Position numbers and translations under genes: made by a program. 38,364 nt of DNA from a virus (taxonomy: Duplodnaviria > Caudoviricetes), in the IMG/VR virus record IMGVR_UViG_3300037524_000021, positions 1 to 38,364 of that record; one strand, given 5' to 3'. The notes below the pieces were generated by a model that did not search any database, was not told where the DNA came from, and saw only the letters and a program-made list of their open reading frames with translations. Each line of letters begins with the position of its first letter. The first letter of the stretch is position 1. Shown piece by piece: positions 1 to 6,778 of this stretch.

Positions 1-68
1 TTTTCAATATCTGTTACTGAATTAAACTGTACTGCTTGAACGGGGGTATCTCTTTTAATATATTCCAT
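1..68 (-). CDS. 5' part of a small phage protein (runs off the window edge)
   Basis: ATG at 68 opens MEYIKRDTPVQAVQFNSVTDIE..., resembling the common phage 'Y.K.P..V.AVQF' N-terminus. No stop before position 1. Confidence 0.55.
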   Translation of the reverse strand, partial: MEYIKRDTPVQAVQFNSVTDIE

Positions 69-69
69 G

Positions 70-153
70 TGGGTGCGGCAGGATTCGAACCTGCGGTGGC
101 ATTTCTGCGGCGGGTTAAAAGCCCGGTAGGATCGGCCTCTCTCTCACACACCC
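70..153 (-). tRNA. tRNA-Lys(UUU) with atypical long variable arm
   Basis: Acceptor GGGTGTG/CGCACCC; anticodon loop CT-TTT-AA; variable arm GCA-GAAA-TGC; T arm GCAGG-TTCGAAT-CCTGC. Confidence 0.85.
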
Positions 154-213
154 TTGATACGTTTTCTATAGTCTACCATATACCTAATTTCTCTATGTAC
201 ATAGTTCATGTTG

Positions 214-284
214 TGGGCCATGAAGGTATTGAACCTTCTTCCTTTCCTTAAGAGGGAAATGCATCACCTTAATGCTTATGGCCC
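214..284 (-). tRNA. tRNA-Lys(CUU)
   Basis: GGGCCAT/ATGGCCC; TTTCC-CTCTTAA-GGAAA; GAAGG-TTCAATA-CCTTC. Confidence 0.93.
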
Positions 285-289
285 ATAGG

Positions 290-413
290 TGCGGCTGCAA
301 CAATTAAAGCATACATCGCACTTCTACCAGACCCTCTCATGGTGACGCAGTATGCAACGCCACAAACTACCCAATCTGGTATCGGAGTGCATGACTAGTA
401 TACACTCACCGCA
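290..413 (-). ncRNA. Candidate four-way-junction structured RNA
   Basis: Closing stem TGCGGT/GCCGCA plus three internal arms; exactly fills the space between tRNA-Gly and tRNA-Lys. Confidence 0.55.
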
Positions 414-416
414 TCG

Positions 417-487
417 AGCGTCATGCGGGATTCGAACCCACGATACAAACTTGGAAGGATTGTGTGTTACCACTACACCAATGACGC
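417..487 (-). tRNA. tRNA-Gly(UCC)
   Basis: GCGTCAT/ATGACGC; loop CT-TCC-AA; T loop TTCGAAT; U73. Confidence 0.93.
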
Positions 488-499
488 ATGTATCTTGCG

Positions 500-570
500 A
501 GCCGTATGCGAGAATCGAACTCGCGCTGTAACCTTGGCAAGGTCACGTACTACCACTGTACTAATACGGC
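500..570 (-). tRNA. tRNA-Gly(GCC)
   Basis: GCCGTAT/ATACGGC; TGACC-TTGCCAA-GGTTA; T loop TTCGATT. Confidence 0.95.
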
Positions 571-574
571 ATAA

Positions 575-650
575 CCCACAAAACTAACTTACCTCATCGT
601 TATATCTGGCTAGCACTTAACAATATAACCCTTCTAGAATATTTTGTGGG
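575..650 (-). ncRNA. Long interrupted hairpin between tRNAs
   Basis: CCCACAAAAT/GTTTTGTGGG basal stem and GTTATAT/ATATAAC inner stem. Confidence 0.4.
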
Positions 651-687
651 GCTAGACAAAGAATCTTACGATACTTATATCTTAGCG

Positions 688-763
688 CTCTGGTGGTAGG
701 AATCGAACCTACAGGGAGAGTGCTTAACAGGCACTTGCCACTGCCAATAGTGGCCCCACCAGA
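688..763 (-). tRNA. tRNA-Asn(GUU)
   Basis: TCTGGTG/CACCAGA; AGTGC-CTGTTAA-GCACT; GTAGG-TTCGATT-CCTAC; G73. Confidence 0.93.
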
Positions 764-770
764 ATAGATA

Positions 771-873
771 GGGCGGTCTGCAATGTAACTTCTAGGACAC
801 CGATCATATTATTATGGAAGGAATCGAACCTCCGTCCCTGTCTGTGCAGCCAGACATTTTCAGTTACCCGCCC
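771..873 (-). ncRNA. Permuted tRNA-like RNA (YrlA-like layout)
   Basis: Ends pair (GGGCGG/CCGCCC, GTAACT/AGTTAC). Internal T arm GGAGG-TTCGATT-CCTTC is followed by a closed mini-stem and a GG-containing segment. Confidence 0.6.
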
Positions 874-875
874 CG

Positions 876-956
876 TAGCCCTCCACGGATTCGAACCGTG
901 ACTCCTACTGGAACTGCATTTTGAGTGCAGCGTGTCTACCATTCCACCAGAGGGCC
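876..956 (-). tRNA. tRNA-Leu(CAA)
   Basis: GGCCCTC/GAGGGCT; CTGCA-CTCAAAA-TGCAG; long variable arm; T loop TTCGAAT. Confidence 0.95.
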
Positions 957-970
957 TTATTTAGTTAGAG

Positions 971-1053
971 CGGAAGCAAGAGGATTCGAACCTCTGTTAC
1001 CCGAAGGTACTCCCTTAGCAGGGGAGCGCAATAAGCCACTCTGCCATGCTTCC
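971..1053 (-). tRNA. tRNA-Ser(GCU)
   Basis: GGAAGCA/TGCTTCC; CTCCC-CTGCTAA-GGGAG; variable arm TACC-TTCG-GGTA; G73. Confidence 0.96.
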
Positions 1054-1058
1054 TTACG

Positions 1059-1136
1059 TGCCGTGCCCAGGAATCGAACCTGACTATCCTTAAGGAGCAG
1101 GCTTTACAGGCCCGCGTCTGTCCCAGCAGTCACGGC
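1059..1136 (-). tRNA. tRNA-Tyr(GUA), shortened D arm
   Basis: GCCGTG/CACGGC; CGGGC-CTGTAAA-GCCTG; variable arm TCC-TTAA-GGA; T loop TTCGATT. Confidence 0.88.
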
Positions 1137-1140
1137 TCGG

Positions 1141-1215
1141 TTGACAGAGTGGGTTACCTTCCTTGCTGCTCCATCATTCCCTTGAATGATATCACTACTG
1201 CAAGCACTCTGTCAA
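1141..1215 (-). ncRNA. Long interrupted hairpin between tRNA-Phe and tRNA-Tyr
   Basis: Perfect 11-bp TTGACAGAGTG/CACTCTGTCAA, then CTTGC/GCAAG, then ATCATTC-AAGG-GAATGAT. Confidence 0.5.
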
Positions 1216-1216
1216 G

Positions 1217-1288
1217 TGGCTAGCCCAGGTTACGCTCCTGAACCTGCTGTGCTTCAAACAGCCGTGCTACTACTAACACCAACTAGCC
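1217..1288 (-). tRNA. tRNA-Phe(GAA), non-canonical D/T loops
   Basis: GGCTAGT/GCTAGCC; GCTGT-TTGAAGC-ACAGC; T loop AGCGTAA. Confidence 0.9.
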
Positions 1289-1299
1289 TTACTCTGATG

Positions 1300-1328
1300 A
1301 GTATACCACACTCAACTCTTCTTGTCAA
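1300..1328 (-). promoter_or_regulatory. Sigma70/SigA-type promoter for tRNA array 1
   Basis: TTGACA-17 nt-TATACT with TGTGG extension, directly upstream of tRNA-Phe. Confidence 0.85.
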
Positions 1329-1683
1329 CAGGGTCGATGACCTCAAGTACATAGATTCTTAAATTAGCCTTGCGTGCTTGCTTGATTACATCACGAGTAC
1401 CCTTCGACTCGCCATACGGCAATGCTAGCACAAGGTCTGGCTTCGTGTCAAGCATGGCCTTGTTACGCTTGGGGCCTGCTGCTAGACCGTACTTGTCCCA
1501 GTCTGCCTCAAAGATAGTATAAGGAATATTCTGCTCTTCACAATATTCTTTAGCATATTTGTCTATACCCGTGGGGCAGTCTCCTATCAGTACTTCATCT
1601 TCTTCGCTTATATAGTCTAGGAATACCGTTGCCAGTGACGGCTGTGGGTGCTTACGAGAACCAGAGATTACAAACTTCATCAT
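1312..1683 (-). CDS. SLOG-superfamily (YspA/DUF2493-like) protein
   Basis: Motifs VISGSR, GDCPTGID, ADWDKYGLAAGPKRNKAML, SKGTRD. Confidence 0.85.
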   Translation of the reverse strand: MMKFVISGSRKHPQPSLATVFLDYISEEDEVLIGDCPTGIDKYAKEYCEEQNIPYTIFEADWDKYGLAAGPKRNKAMLDTKPDLVLALPYGESKGTRDVIKQARKANLRIYVLEVIDPVDKKS

Positions 1684-1877
1684 GTTCCCATTTCTTCGTC
1701 AACATATTCAAACTCTAAATGACCTTGGTAACCGTGGTTTTGCTTGACCAGCAAGTACGTACCATCTGTGAAGTAGAACATGGCTAAATCATCGTGTACT
1801 AAATGAACGAACTCAATTGATTTGCCCCGCGCTTTATTAGCAAATGGCGGCATGTTAACGCCTGTCAATCTATTCAT
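1680..1877 (-). CDS. Hypothetical protein
   Basis: 65 aa; ATGA overlaps with both neighbours. Confidence 0.7.
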   Translation of the reverse strand: MNRLTGVNMPPFANKARGKSIEFVHLVHDDLAMFYFTDGTYLLVKQNHGYQGHLEFEYVDEEMGT

Positions 1878-2203
1878 ATTAAGTTCCCATGCTTCTCTGG
1901 ACGCTTGTTATTGGTATTCATTTTCATCTTGAGTACAGAATCGATCTCAAGCCCTTTAGGAATTACGCCCTCGTCCTGAAGTCCAGCATAGAGATCAAGA
2001 GTTCTAATGAGAATGTCTGCAAACTCAATTGCTATTGCCTCTGCCCCCTGCTCTTTGCGATAGGCTTCAAGAACCTCTGCTACCTCACTATTGATCAATG
2101 CAAGTTTAGCAAGCACGAAGTTAGGGTCTACATGATCTTCCCAAAACTTCTTTTCAACTGCCGTTGCGTGAATGGCATTAGCCAACTCCTGTATGTAACT
2201 CAT
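1874..2203 (-). CDS. MazG-like NTP pyrophosphohydrolase
   Basis: ALINSEVAEVLEA...EFADILIR..D motif, ending NNKRPEKHG. Start placed at MSYIQ, which has an ATGA overlap with the upstream ORF. Confidence 0.85.
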   Translation of the reverse strand: MSYIQELANAIHATAVEKKFWEDHVDPNFVLAKLALINSEVAEVLEAYRKEQGAEAIAIEFADILIRTLDLYAGLQDEGVIPKGLEIDSVLKMKMNTNNKRPEKHGNLI

Positions 2204-2343
2204 AGTAACCACCATCCCATTATAAGCAATAGAGTAAACAGAAAATAGAATCCTGCTAAAAGCATGTATCGTTTATCATATTTAGGAGTGTACAATTCGC
2301 CTTCAATTTCTGGATCGATCATCATTGGTGGCGGCTCTTTCAT
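2200..2343 (-). CDS. Small membrane protein (47 aa; not in ORF track)
   Basis: MKEPPPMMIDPEIEGELYTPKYDKRYMLLAGFYFLFTLLLIMGWWLL; ATGA-coupled to dnaE and to the MazG-like gene. Confidence 0.7.
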   Translation of the reverse strand: MKEPPPMMIDPEIEGELYTPKYDKRYMLLAGFYFLFTLLLIMGWWLL

Positions 2344-5300
2344 AGCAATCCCCTAAACACGATAGCGCCGTCCTTCATTGTTCCTAGATTCATTTTATAG
2401 ATATGTCCTTCCTCAACCTTCATGTAGGCTAATGGAAACTCTTTACTAAAGACAAGTACCTTAGCCAACTGCCCTTCGCTGTTCAGTAAGATCAAGTCCA
2501 TCATCTTCTTACCGGCCTTTGTGACCCTCACTCTTGAGGATACCACATAGTACTCAGCGCCAGACAACGGGGGTGACTGAATGTTCAGGTACTTGACAAG
2601 ACCAATACTATTGTTCTTAATATCACTGGCTGGGATGGCTTCGAATATCCTATTATCGGACATTAATACTAGGTATACCTTACCACTTTCGATAGTAGTA
2701 TTAGCGTCATCAAATGCACTGCCCGATCCTGTACGGTCTACAAACTCAATGCGAGTCCAGCCCTTACCTCGCTTAATGCTACGAGCCATGGCGAATGCAA
2801 TCGCAATGTCGCCCTCTTCATACTCATCCAGATCAGTGAGTTTAGAGTAGTAATGTGCAGGCAGTTCAGTACTGAATTCAGGTAGATTCAACACTTCATA
2901 TAGACTCTCACGAATCTCTGTCTTACTCGCAGGCTTATCGGGGAAGGCTACTGCTCCTACGCGGCGCAACATTTCAAGTGCCCGCGAATTCACACCGCTA
3001 TGCTTGGTGAATACAAACTCTTCAACATCTGCATAACTCTTCCATGGACGCTTATCCATGAATCTCTGAGCAATAGTATTACTTACGTACTTGACAGAAC
3101 TCAGACCGAACCTTAATGCATTACCTTCAATCTTGAAGTCTACATCGCTTTCATTGATATGTGGCAATCTGATTTCAATTCCTAGACGCTTGGCCTCTAG
3201 CAGGTAGTTAGTCCTGTCGTCTTTGTCCTTCTCATTCTTGAGGGCAGCGTACATGTATTCTAGTGGGTAGTGATGCTTGAGCCATGCCGTCCGGTATGTG
3301 AGTAGCGAATACGCTACAGCATGTGACTTGTTGAACTGATAGTTAGCACTCTCAACAAAGTCATTCCATAACTTCTCTGCTAGTTCCTTAGGAATATGTG
3401 CTGATGCCCCATCAACAAAGCGGCTCTTGTACTTGTCAAACTCTTTGGGATCACCTTTCTTACCAATGATCTTACGAATACGGTTAGCCTCTTCCCAAGA
3501 CATACCGGCCAACTCCGTAACAGCCAACATGATCTGCTCTTGATACAAAGAAATAAGTCCAAACGTATCCTTACCTATTGCATCATAAATAGGATGGACT
3601 GGATTAACAGGAACCCTACCACTCTTTCTATTAATGTACTCCTGTCCAATAGAGTTCATGGCTCCTGGCCGAACAAGTGCGTTTGAAGCAGCCAACTCAT
3701 CAAAGTTCTTCACACCCATCTTACGTAAGAGGTTAGTATACGGTGTGGCTTCAGCCTGGAACACAGCCATTGTATGACCATTCGAAAGCATTTGATAAAC
3801 CCCGGCATCATCCAATGGAATGTTATTGAAATCAACTGGATATGGGTGGCGCTCAGAGATTGCCTTGAGACAATCATTAACTACTGTAAGCGTTTTCAAT
3901 CCTAAGAAGTCTATCTTGACAAGACCTACATCTGCGGCCTCATTCATATCCAAAGCAACGACTTCCTGACGACCATCCTTACCGGGCTGAGTCCGTGTCT
4001 CTACGGGGGCCACCTGTGCAATAGGAACCTTACTCGCAACCATGCCAGCAGGGTGAGTACCAGAACTACGAATAAGACCGCGCAACTGGTTTCCATACTC
4101 TATCACCTCGGGGTATTTCTCTCTAAACTCAGCAGCATTTGGTGATGTAAGAAACTCATCCCACGTATCAATCTTCTTCAATACACGATTGACTTCCGAT
4201 AGTGGAATGTTCAACACTCTACTCACATCACGCACGATGCCCTTATCCTTAAACGTCAAGAACGTAGCAATGGCTGATACGTGACCATATTGTTTAATAA
4301 GGAATTCCTTTACGTCATCCCGGCGGGAGTCCATGAAGTCAAGATCAATGTCAGGCCAGTCAGATCGTGAAGGGTCAATGAATCTGAAGAACAGTAGGCC
4401 GTACTCAATGGGGTCTACGTCTGTGATACCTGTGGCATAGCAGACCAATGACCCTGCCGCAGAGCCACGACCAGCACCCACTAGGATACCCTCGCCCTTA
4501 GCCCACTCCACAACGTTCTGAACCATTAAGAAATAAGGAGCAAACTTCTTCTTCTTAATAACAGCAAGTTCTTCATCGAGGCGGGCAATGTATTCTGGCG
4601 TGTCAATACTGCGCTTGCGTAGACCATCCATAGCAAGTTCACGCAACTTGTCGTCTGGCTTGCGGTATCGTACAGGTAGTAAATTAAGATTATGAGGAAT
4701 GTCATAGCCCTCAATACTGTCAGCAATCTTCAACGTGTTCTCAAACATATCGGGACGAGCCTCAGCCCCCATAGCGTTCCACATTTCATCGCCGTCTAGA
4801 AGGTAGATATCAAACTTGGAGAATGATAGCATACGCTCACCATAAAGATAGTCAAGACGCTCCATCATATCTGTATAGTTCAATGACTCTTCAAAGCGCG
4901 CCTCCTTGCGAACCTGAGAGTGCGTCTGCATGAGCAGTGCGAGTTCCTGTACCTCCTTCTGAGAGGCATCTACGTGGTGGCAGTCTGGTGTGACAATGAG
5001 CGGAATGCCCATCTCATCAGCAAGATTAATGAGTTCTTTGTTCACTCCGTCTACATTGTGAGGCATAACCTCGATGTAGAAGTTATTACCAAACATATCT
5101 GCAAATCTAGAGATAATGTTCTTAGCATCAGCAAACCGATCATGCTCAATGGCCTTATTGATCATGCCGCTCATGCATGCAGATGAAACAACAATACCTT
5201 CCTTATACTGATCTAGCAAGTCCCAATCGATACGGGGTTTCTTGTAGAAGCCCTCAGTCCAAGCCAGTCTGTTCATAGCATTAAGATTAGACAGGCCAAC

Positions 5301-5600
5301 ATCGTTCTGAGCAATGATGACCAAGTGATTGTAAATGAGATCAAGAGGCTCAGTACGTTCAGCCTTATCGCGGGTATCGAATCTATCCTCAGTGAAGTAA
5401 GCCTCAATACCAAGTACCGGCTTGATTCCTGCTGACTTTAATTCACGATACCATTCGCGGTGACCTGAGAGCGTGCCATGGTCTGTAATCGCCATGGCTG
5501 GCATACCAATGTCTACAGCACGTTCAGCGTATTTGGCCGGGGTACCGATGCCATCGAATTGTGAGTAATGTGTATGTGTATGTAGCGAAGCATATTTCAA
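2340..5600 (-). CDS. dnaE: DNA polymerase III alpha subunit
   Basis: PHP domain (LHTHTHYS, TDHG, GIEAY), GRGSAAGSLV, PDIDLDF, KIDFLGL, FNKSHAVAY. Confidence 0.97.
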   Translation of the reverse strand: MKYASLHTHTHYSQFDGIGTPAKYAERAVDIGMPAMAITDHGTLSGHREWYRELKSAGIKPVLGIEAYFTEDRFDTRDKAERTEPLDLIYNHLVIIAQNDVGLSNLNAMNRLAWTEGFYKKPRIDWDLLDQYKEGIVVSSACMSGMINKAIEHDRFADAKNIISRFADMFGNNFYIEVMPHNVDGVNKELINLADEMGIPLIVTPDCHHVDASQKEVQELALLMQTHSQVRKEARFEESLNYTDMMERLDYLYGERMLSFSKFDIYLLDGDEMWNAMGAEARPDMFENTLKIADSIEGYDIPHNLNLLPVRYRKPDDKLRELAMDGLRKRSIDTPEYIARLDEELAVIKKKKFAPYFLMVQNVVEWAKGEGILVGAGRGSAAGSLVCYATGITDVDPIEYGLLFFRFIDPSRSDWPDIDLDFMDSRRDDVKEFLIKQYGHVSAIATFLTFKDKGIVRDVSRVLNIPLSEVNRVLKKIDTWDEFLTSPNAAEFREKYPEVIEYGNQLRGLIRSSGTHPAGMVASKVPIAQVAPVETRTQPGKDGRQEVVALDMNEAADVGLVKIDFLGLKTLTVVNDCLKAISERHPYPVDFNNIPLDDAGVYQMLSNGHTMAVFQAEATPYTNLLRKMGVKNFDELAASNALVRPGAMNSIGQEYINRKSGRVPVNPVHPIYDAIGKDTFGLISLYQEQIMLAVTELAGMSWEEANRIRKIIGKKGDPKEFDKYKSRFVDGASAHIPKELAEKLWNDFVESANYQFNKSHAVAYSLLTYRTAWLKHHYPLEYMYAALKNEKDKDDRTNYLLEAKRLGIEIRLPHINESDVDFKIEGNALRFGLSSVKYVSNTIAQRFMDKRPWKSYADVEEFVFTKHSGVNSRALEMLRRVGAVAFPDKPASKTEIRESLYEVLNLPEFSTELPAHYYSKLTDLDEYEEGDIAIAFAMARSIKRGKGWTRIEFVDRTGSGSAFDDANTTIESGKVYLVLMSDNRIFEAIPASDIKNNSIGLVKYLNIQSPPLSGAEYYVVSSRVRVTKAGKKMMDLILLNSEGQLAKVLVFSKEFPLAYMKVEEGHIYKMNLGTMKDGAIVFRGLL

Positions 5601-5881
5601 ACCGGGATTTCCTTTTCCATAGAATCAATTACTTCTTGAATGACTTTGGCTGCTTCCTCTCGCAAGTCCTCATCACTACCATACCAGCCCGCTACTGCGA
5701 GCAGAATAGCATACAACTGTTTGCTATATTCATCTGCTTCAGTATGAGCAGTTAATATCTCAGCCTTGATCTCTCTAAGATTCTCTAAAGTAATCCGATC
5801 TGAAACTAATCCTTTGTGACCAACTGAGTCCCAAATTCTAGTAAGGATATAGTTTAGGCTATCTGATCTAGTTGATTTCAT
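5597..5881 (-). CDS. Hypothetical protein
   Basis: Start moved to ATG 5881 (MKSTRS), which follows an SD-like GAAAGGAAAG. The longer ORF overlaps a tRNA-like gene. Confidence 0.7.
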   Translation of the reverse strand: MKSTRSDSLNYILTRIWDSVGHKGLVSDRITLENLREIKAEILTAHTEADEYSKQLYAILLAVAGWYGSDEDLREEAAKVIQEVIDSMEKEIPV

Positions 5882-5897
5882 GACACTTTCCTTTCGC

Positions 5898-5962
5898 TGG
5901 TCTACCTGGGAGGACTTGAACCTCTTTGCGCCCATTGTAGGCAGGCGGTTTTACCAAGATAA
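5898..5962 (-). tRNA. D-armless tRNA-Val(UAC)-like gene or pseudo-tRNA with encoded CCA
   Basis: GCCTG-CCTACAA-TGGGC; GAGG-TTCAAGT-CCTC; 3' end CAGGTAG-A-CCA; D arm replaced by about 9 nt. Confidence 0.55.
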
Positions 5963-5993
5963 TCGAAACAATCCGACTCGTCTGAGTCTGGAG

Positions 5994-6065
5994 TCGGGCA
6001 CCCGCGAATCGAACGCGGTCTATCTTGCTCCCAAAGCAAGCGGATTACCGGCTTCCTCGTGCCCG
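5994..6065 (-). tRNA. tRNA-Pro(UGG)
   Basis: CGGGCAC/GTGCCCG; CTTGC-TTTGGGA-GCAAG; CCGCG-TTCGATT-CGCGG. Confidence 0.93.
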
Positions 6066-6455
6066 TCGTCTTTGTGCTGTTATTATTAAATGGCAGTTTC
6101 CACACCGCACTTCGCATTTTTCAACTTCCTCAAGAATGCGAGTCAGGCCAAGAGATTTCATAACCCCCTCACTGACGTTGAAGTCTTTTTGACCACGAAC
6201 ATGATCAAACTGCAACGCATCTGCATTTTCTGCATACCCACAGTCAACGCAGCCTCGCTCCGTCTTGATTCTATTAATTACTTGCCTATTAGACTCAATA
6301 ATCTTTCTTCGATTATCTGCTTTGCGCTGGCGTTCCTTACCGTCAGCACTAGCATATCGCTCTCTGTCGTATGCGGCGCAACACTCTTTACACCACACAT
6401 GTCTACGAAACGACACTTCTGGCAAGTCTCTCTTGCATCTAGAACAATAACGCAC
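6045..6455 (-). CDS. HNH endonuclease with N-terminal Cys zinc finger
   Basis: CSRC...CKEC; CVDCG...LQFDHVRG...KCEVRCGNCH. Confidence 0.9.
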   Translation of the reverse strand: MRYCSRCKRDLPEVSFRRHVWCKECCAAYDRERYASADGKERQRKADNRRKIIESNRQVINRIKTERGCVDCGYAENADALQFDHVRGQKDFNVSEGVMKSLGLTRILEEVEKCEVRCGNCHLIITAQRRRARGSR

Positions 6456-6499
6456 TATTTAATTGTATCACATTCGGGATCAACTTGCGTAGTCCCAAG

Positions 6500-6572
6500 G
6501 GTGTGCAACGGGTACTGCCCCCGCTACGACTAGGATCACAACCTAGTGCCTCGCTTTTCGGCTTTACACACC
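6500..6572 (-). tRNA. tRNA-His(GUG)
   Basis: G-1:C73; GTGTGTA/TGCACAC; CTAGG-TTGTGAT-CCTAG; T loop GGCAGTA. Confidence 0.9.
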
Positions 6573-6576
6573 ATAT

Positions 6577-6645
6577 GCGGATATGTTATAAGAATCGATT
6601 CGTGTTTTTCACCATTTGAAAGATAAACGACTCTTCCCGACCCGC
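6577..6645 (-). ncRNA. Y-RNA-like unit A
   Basis: P1 GCGGGT/ATCCGC; internal loop CGGG / ATAACAT; P2 AAGAGTCG/CGATTCTT; TTATCT motif. Confidence 0.65.
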
Positions 6646-6657
6646 TGTTTAGTTGTA

Positions 6658-6765
6658 TTGCGAATATGTTATGCCATCGTTATAAGCCTGTGTCCACCAC
6701 ATTACAGGAATCGAACCTGTCCAGCCTCATTAGCAGTGAGATAAACGATATGCTTCGACTCGCAA
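6658..6765 (-). ncRNA. Y-RNA-like unit B (YrlA-like, with tRNA arms)
   Basis: P1 TTGCGAGT/ATTCGCAA; GTCGAAG motif; ATAACAT; internal T arm ACAGG-TTCGATT-CCTGT. Confidence 0.75.
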
Positions 6766-6778
6766 ACTATTTAATTAT

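Noticed and set aside
36-942. ORFs 36-251 (+) and 724-942 (-)
   Set aside because: They run through tRNA and ncRNA genes and are chance frames.
1294-1300. CTGATGA hammerhead-like core
   Set aside because: It is on the non-transcribed strand, with no matching GAAA or supporting stems.
5930-5945. CTA in the Val-like loop as an amber suppressor anticodon
   Set aside because: The stem register places TAC at positions 34-36, and TAG is used as a normal stop in this window (e.g. 28680).
5880-6533. ORFs 5880-6089, 5902-6117, 6090-6533, 6265-6450
   Set aside because: They overlap tRNA-Pro, the Val-like gene or the antisense strand of the HNH, and show no motifs.
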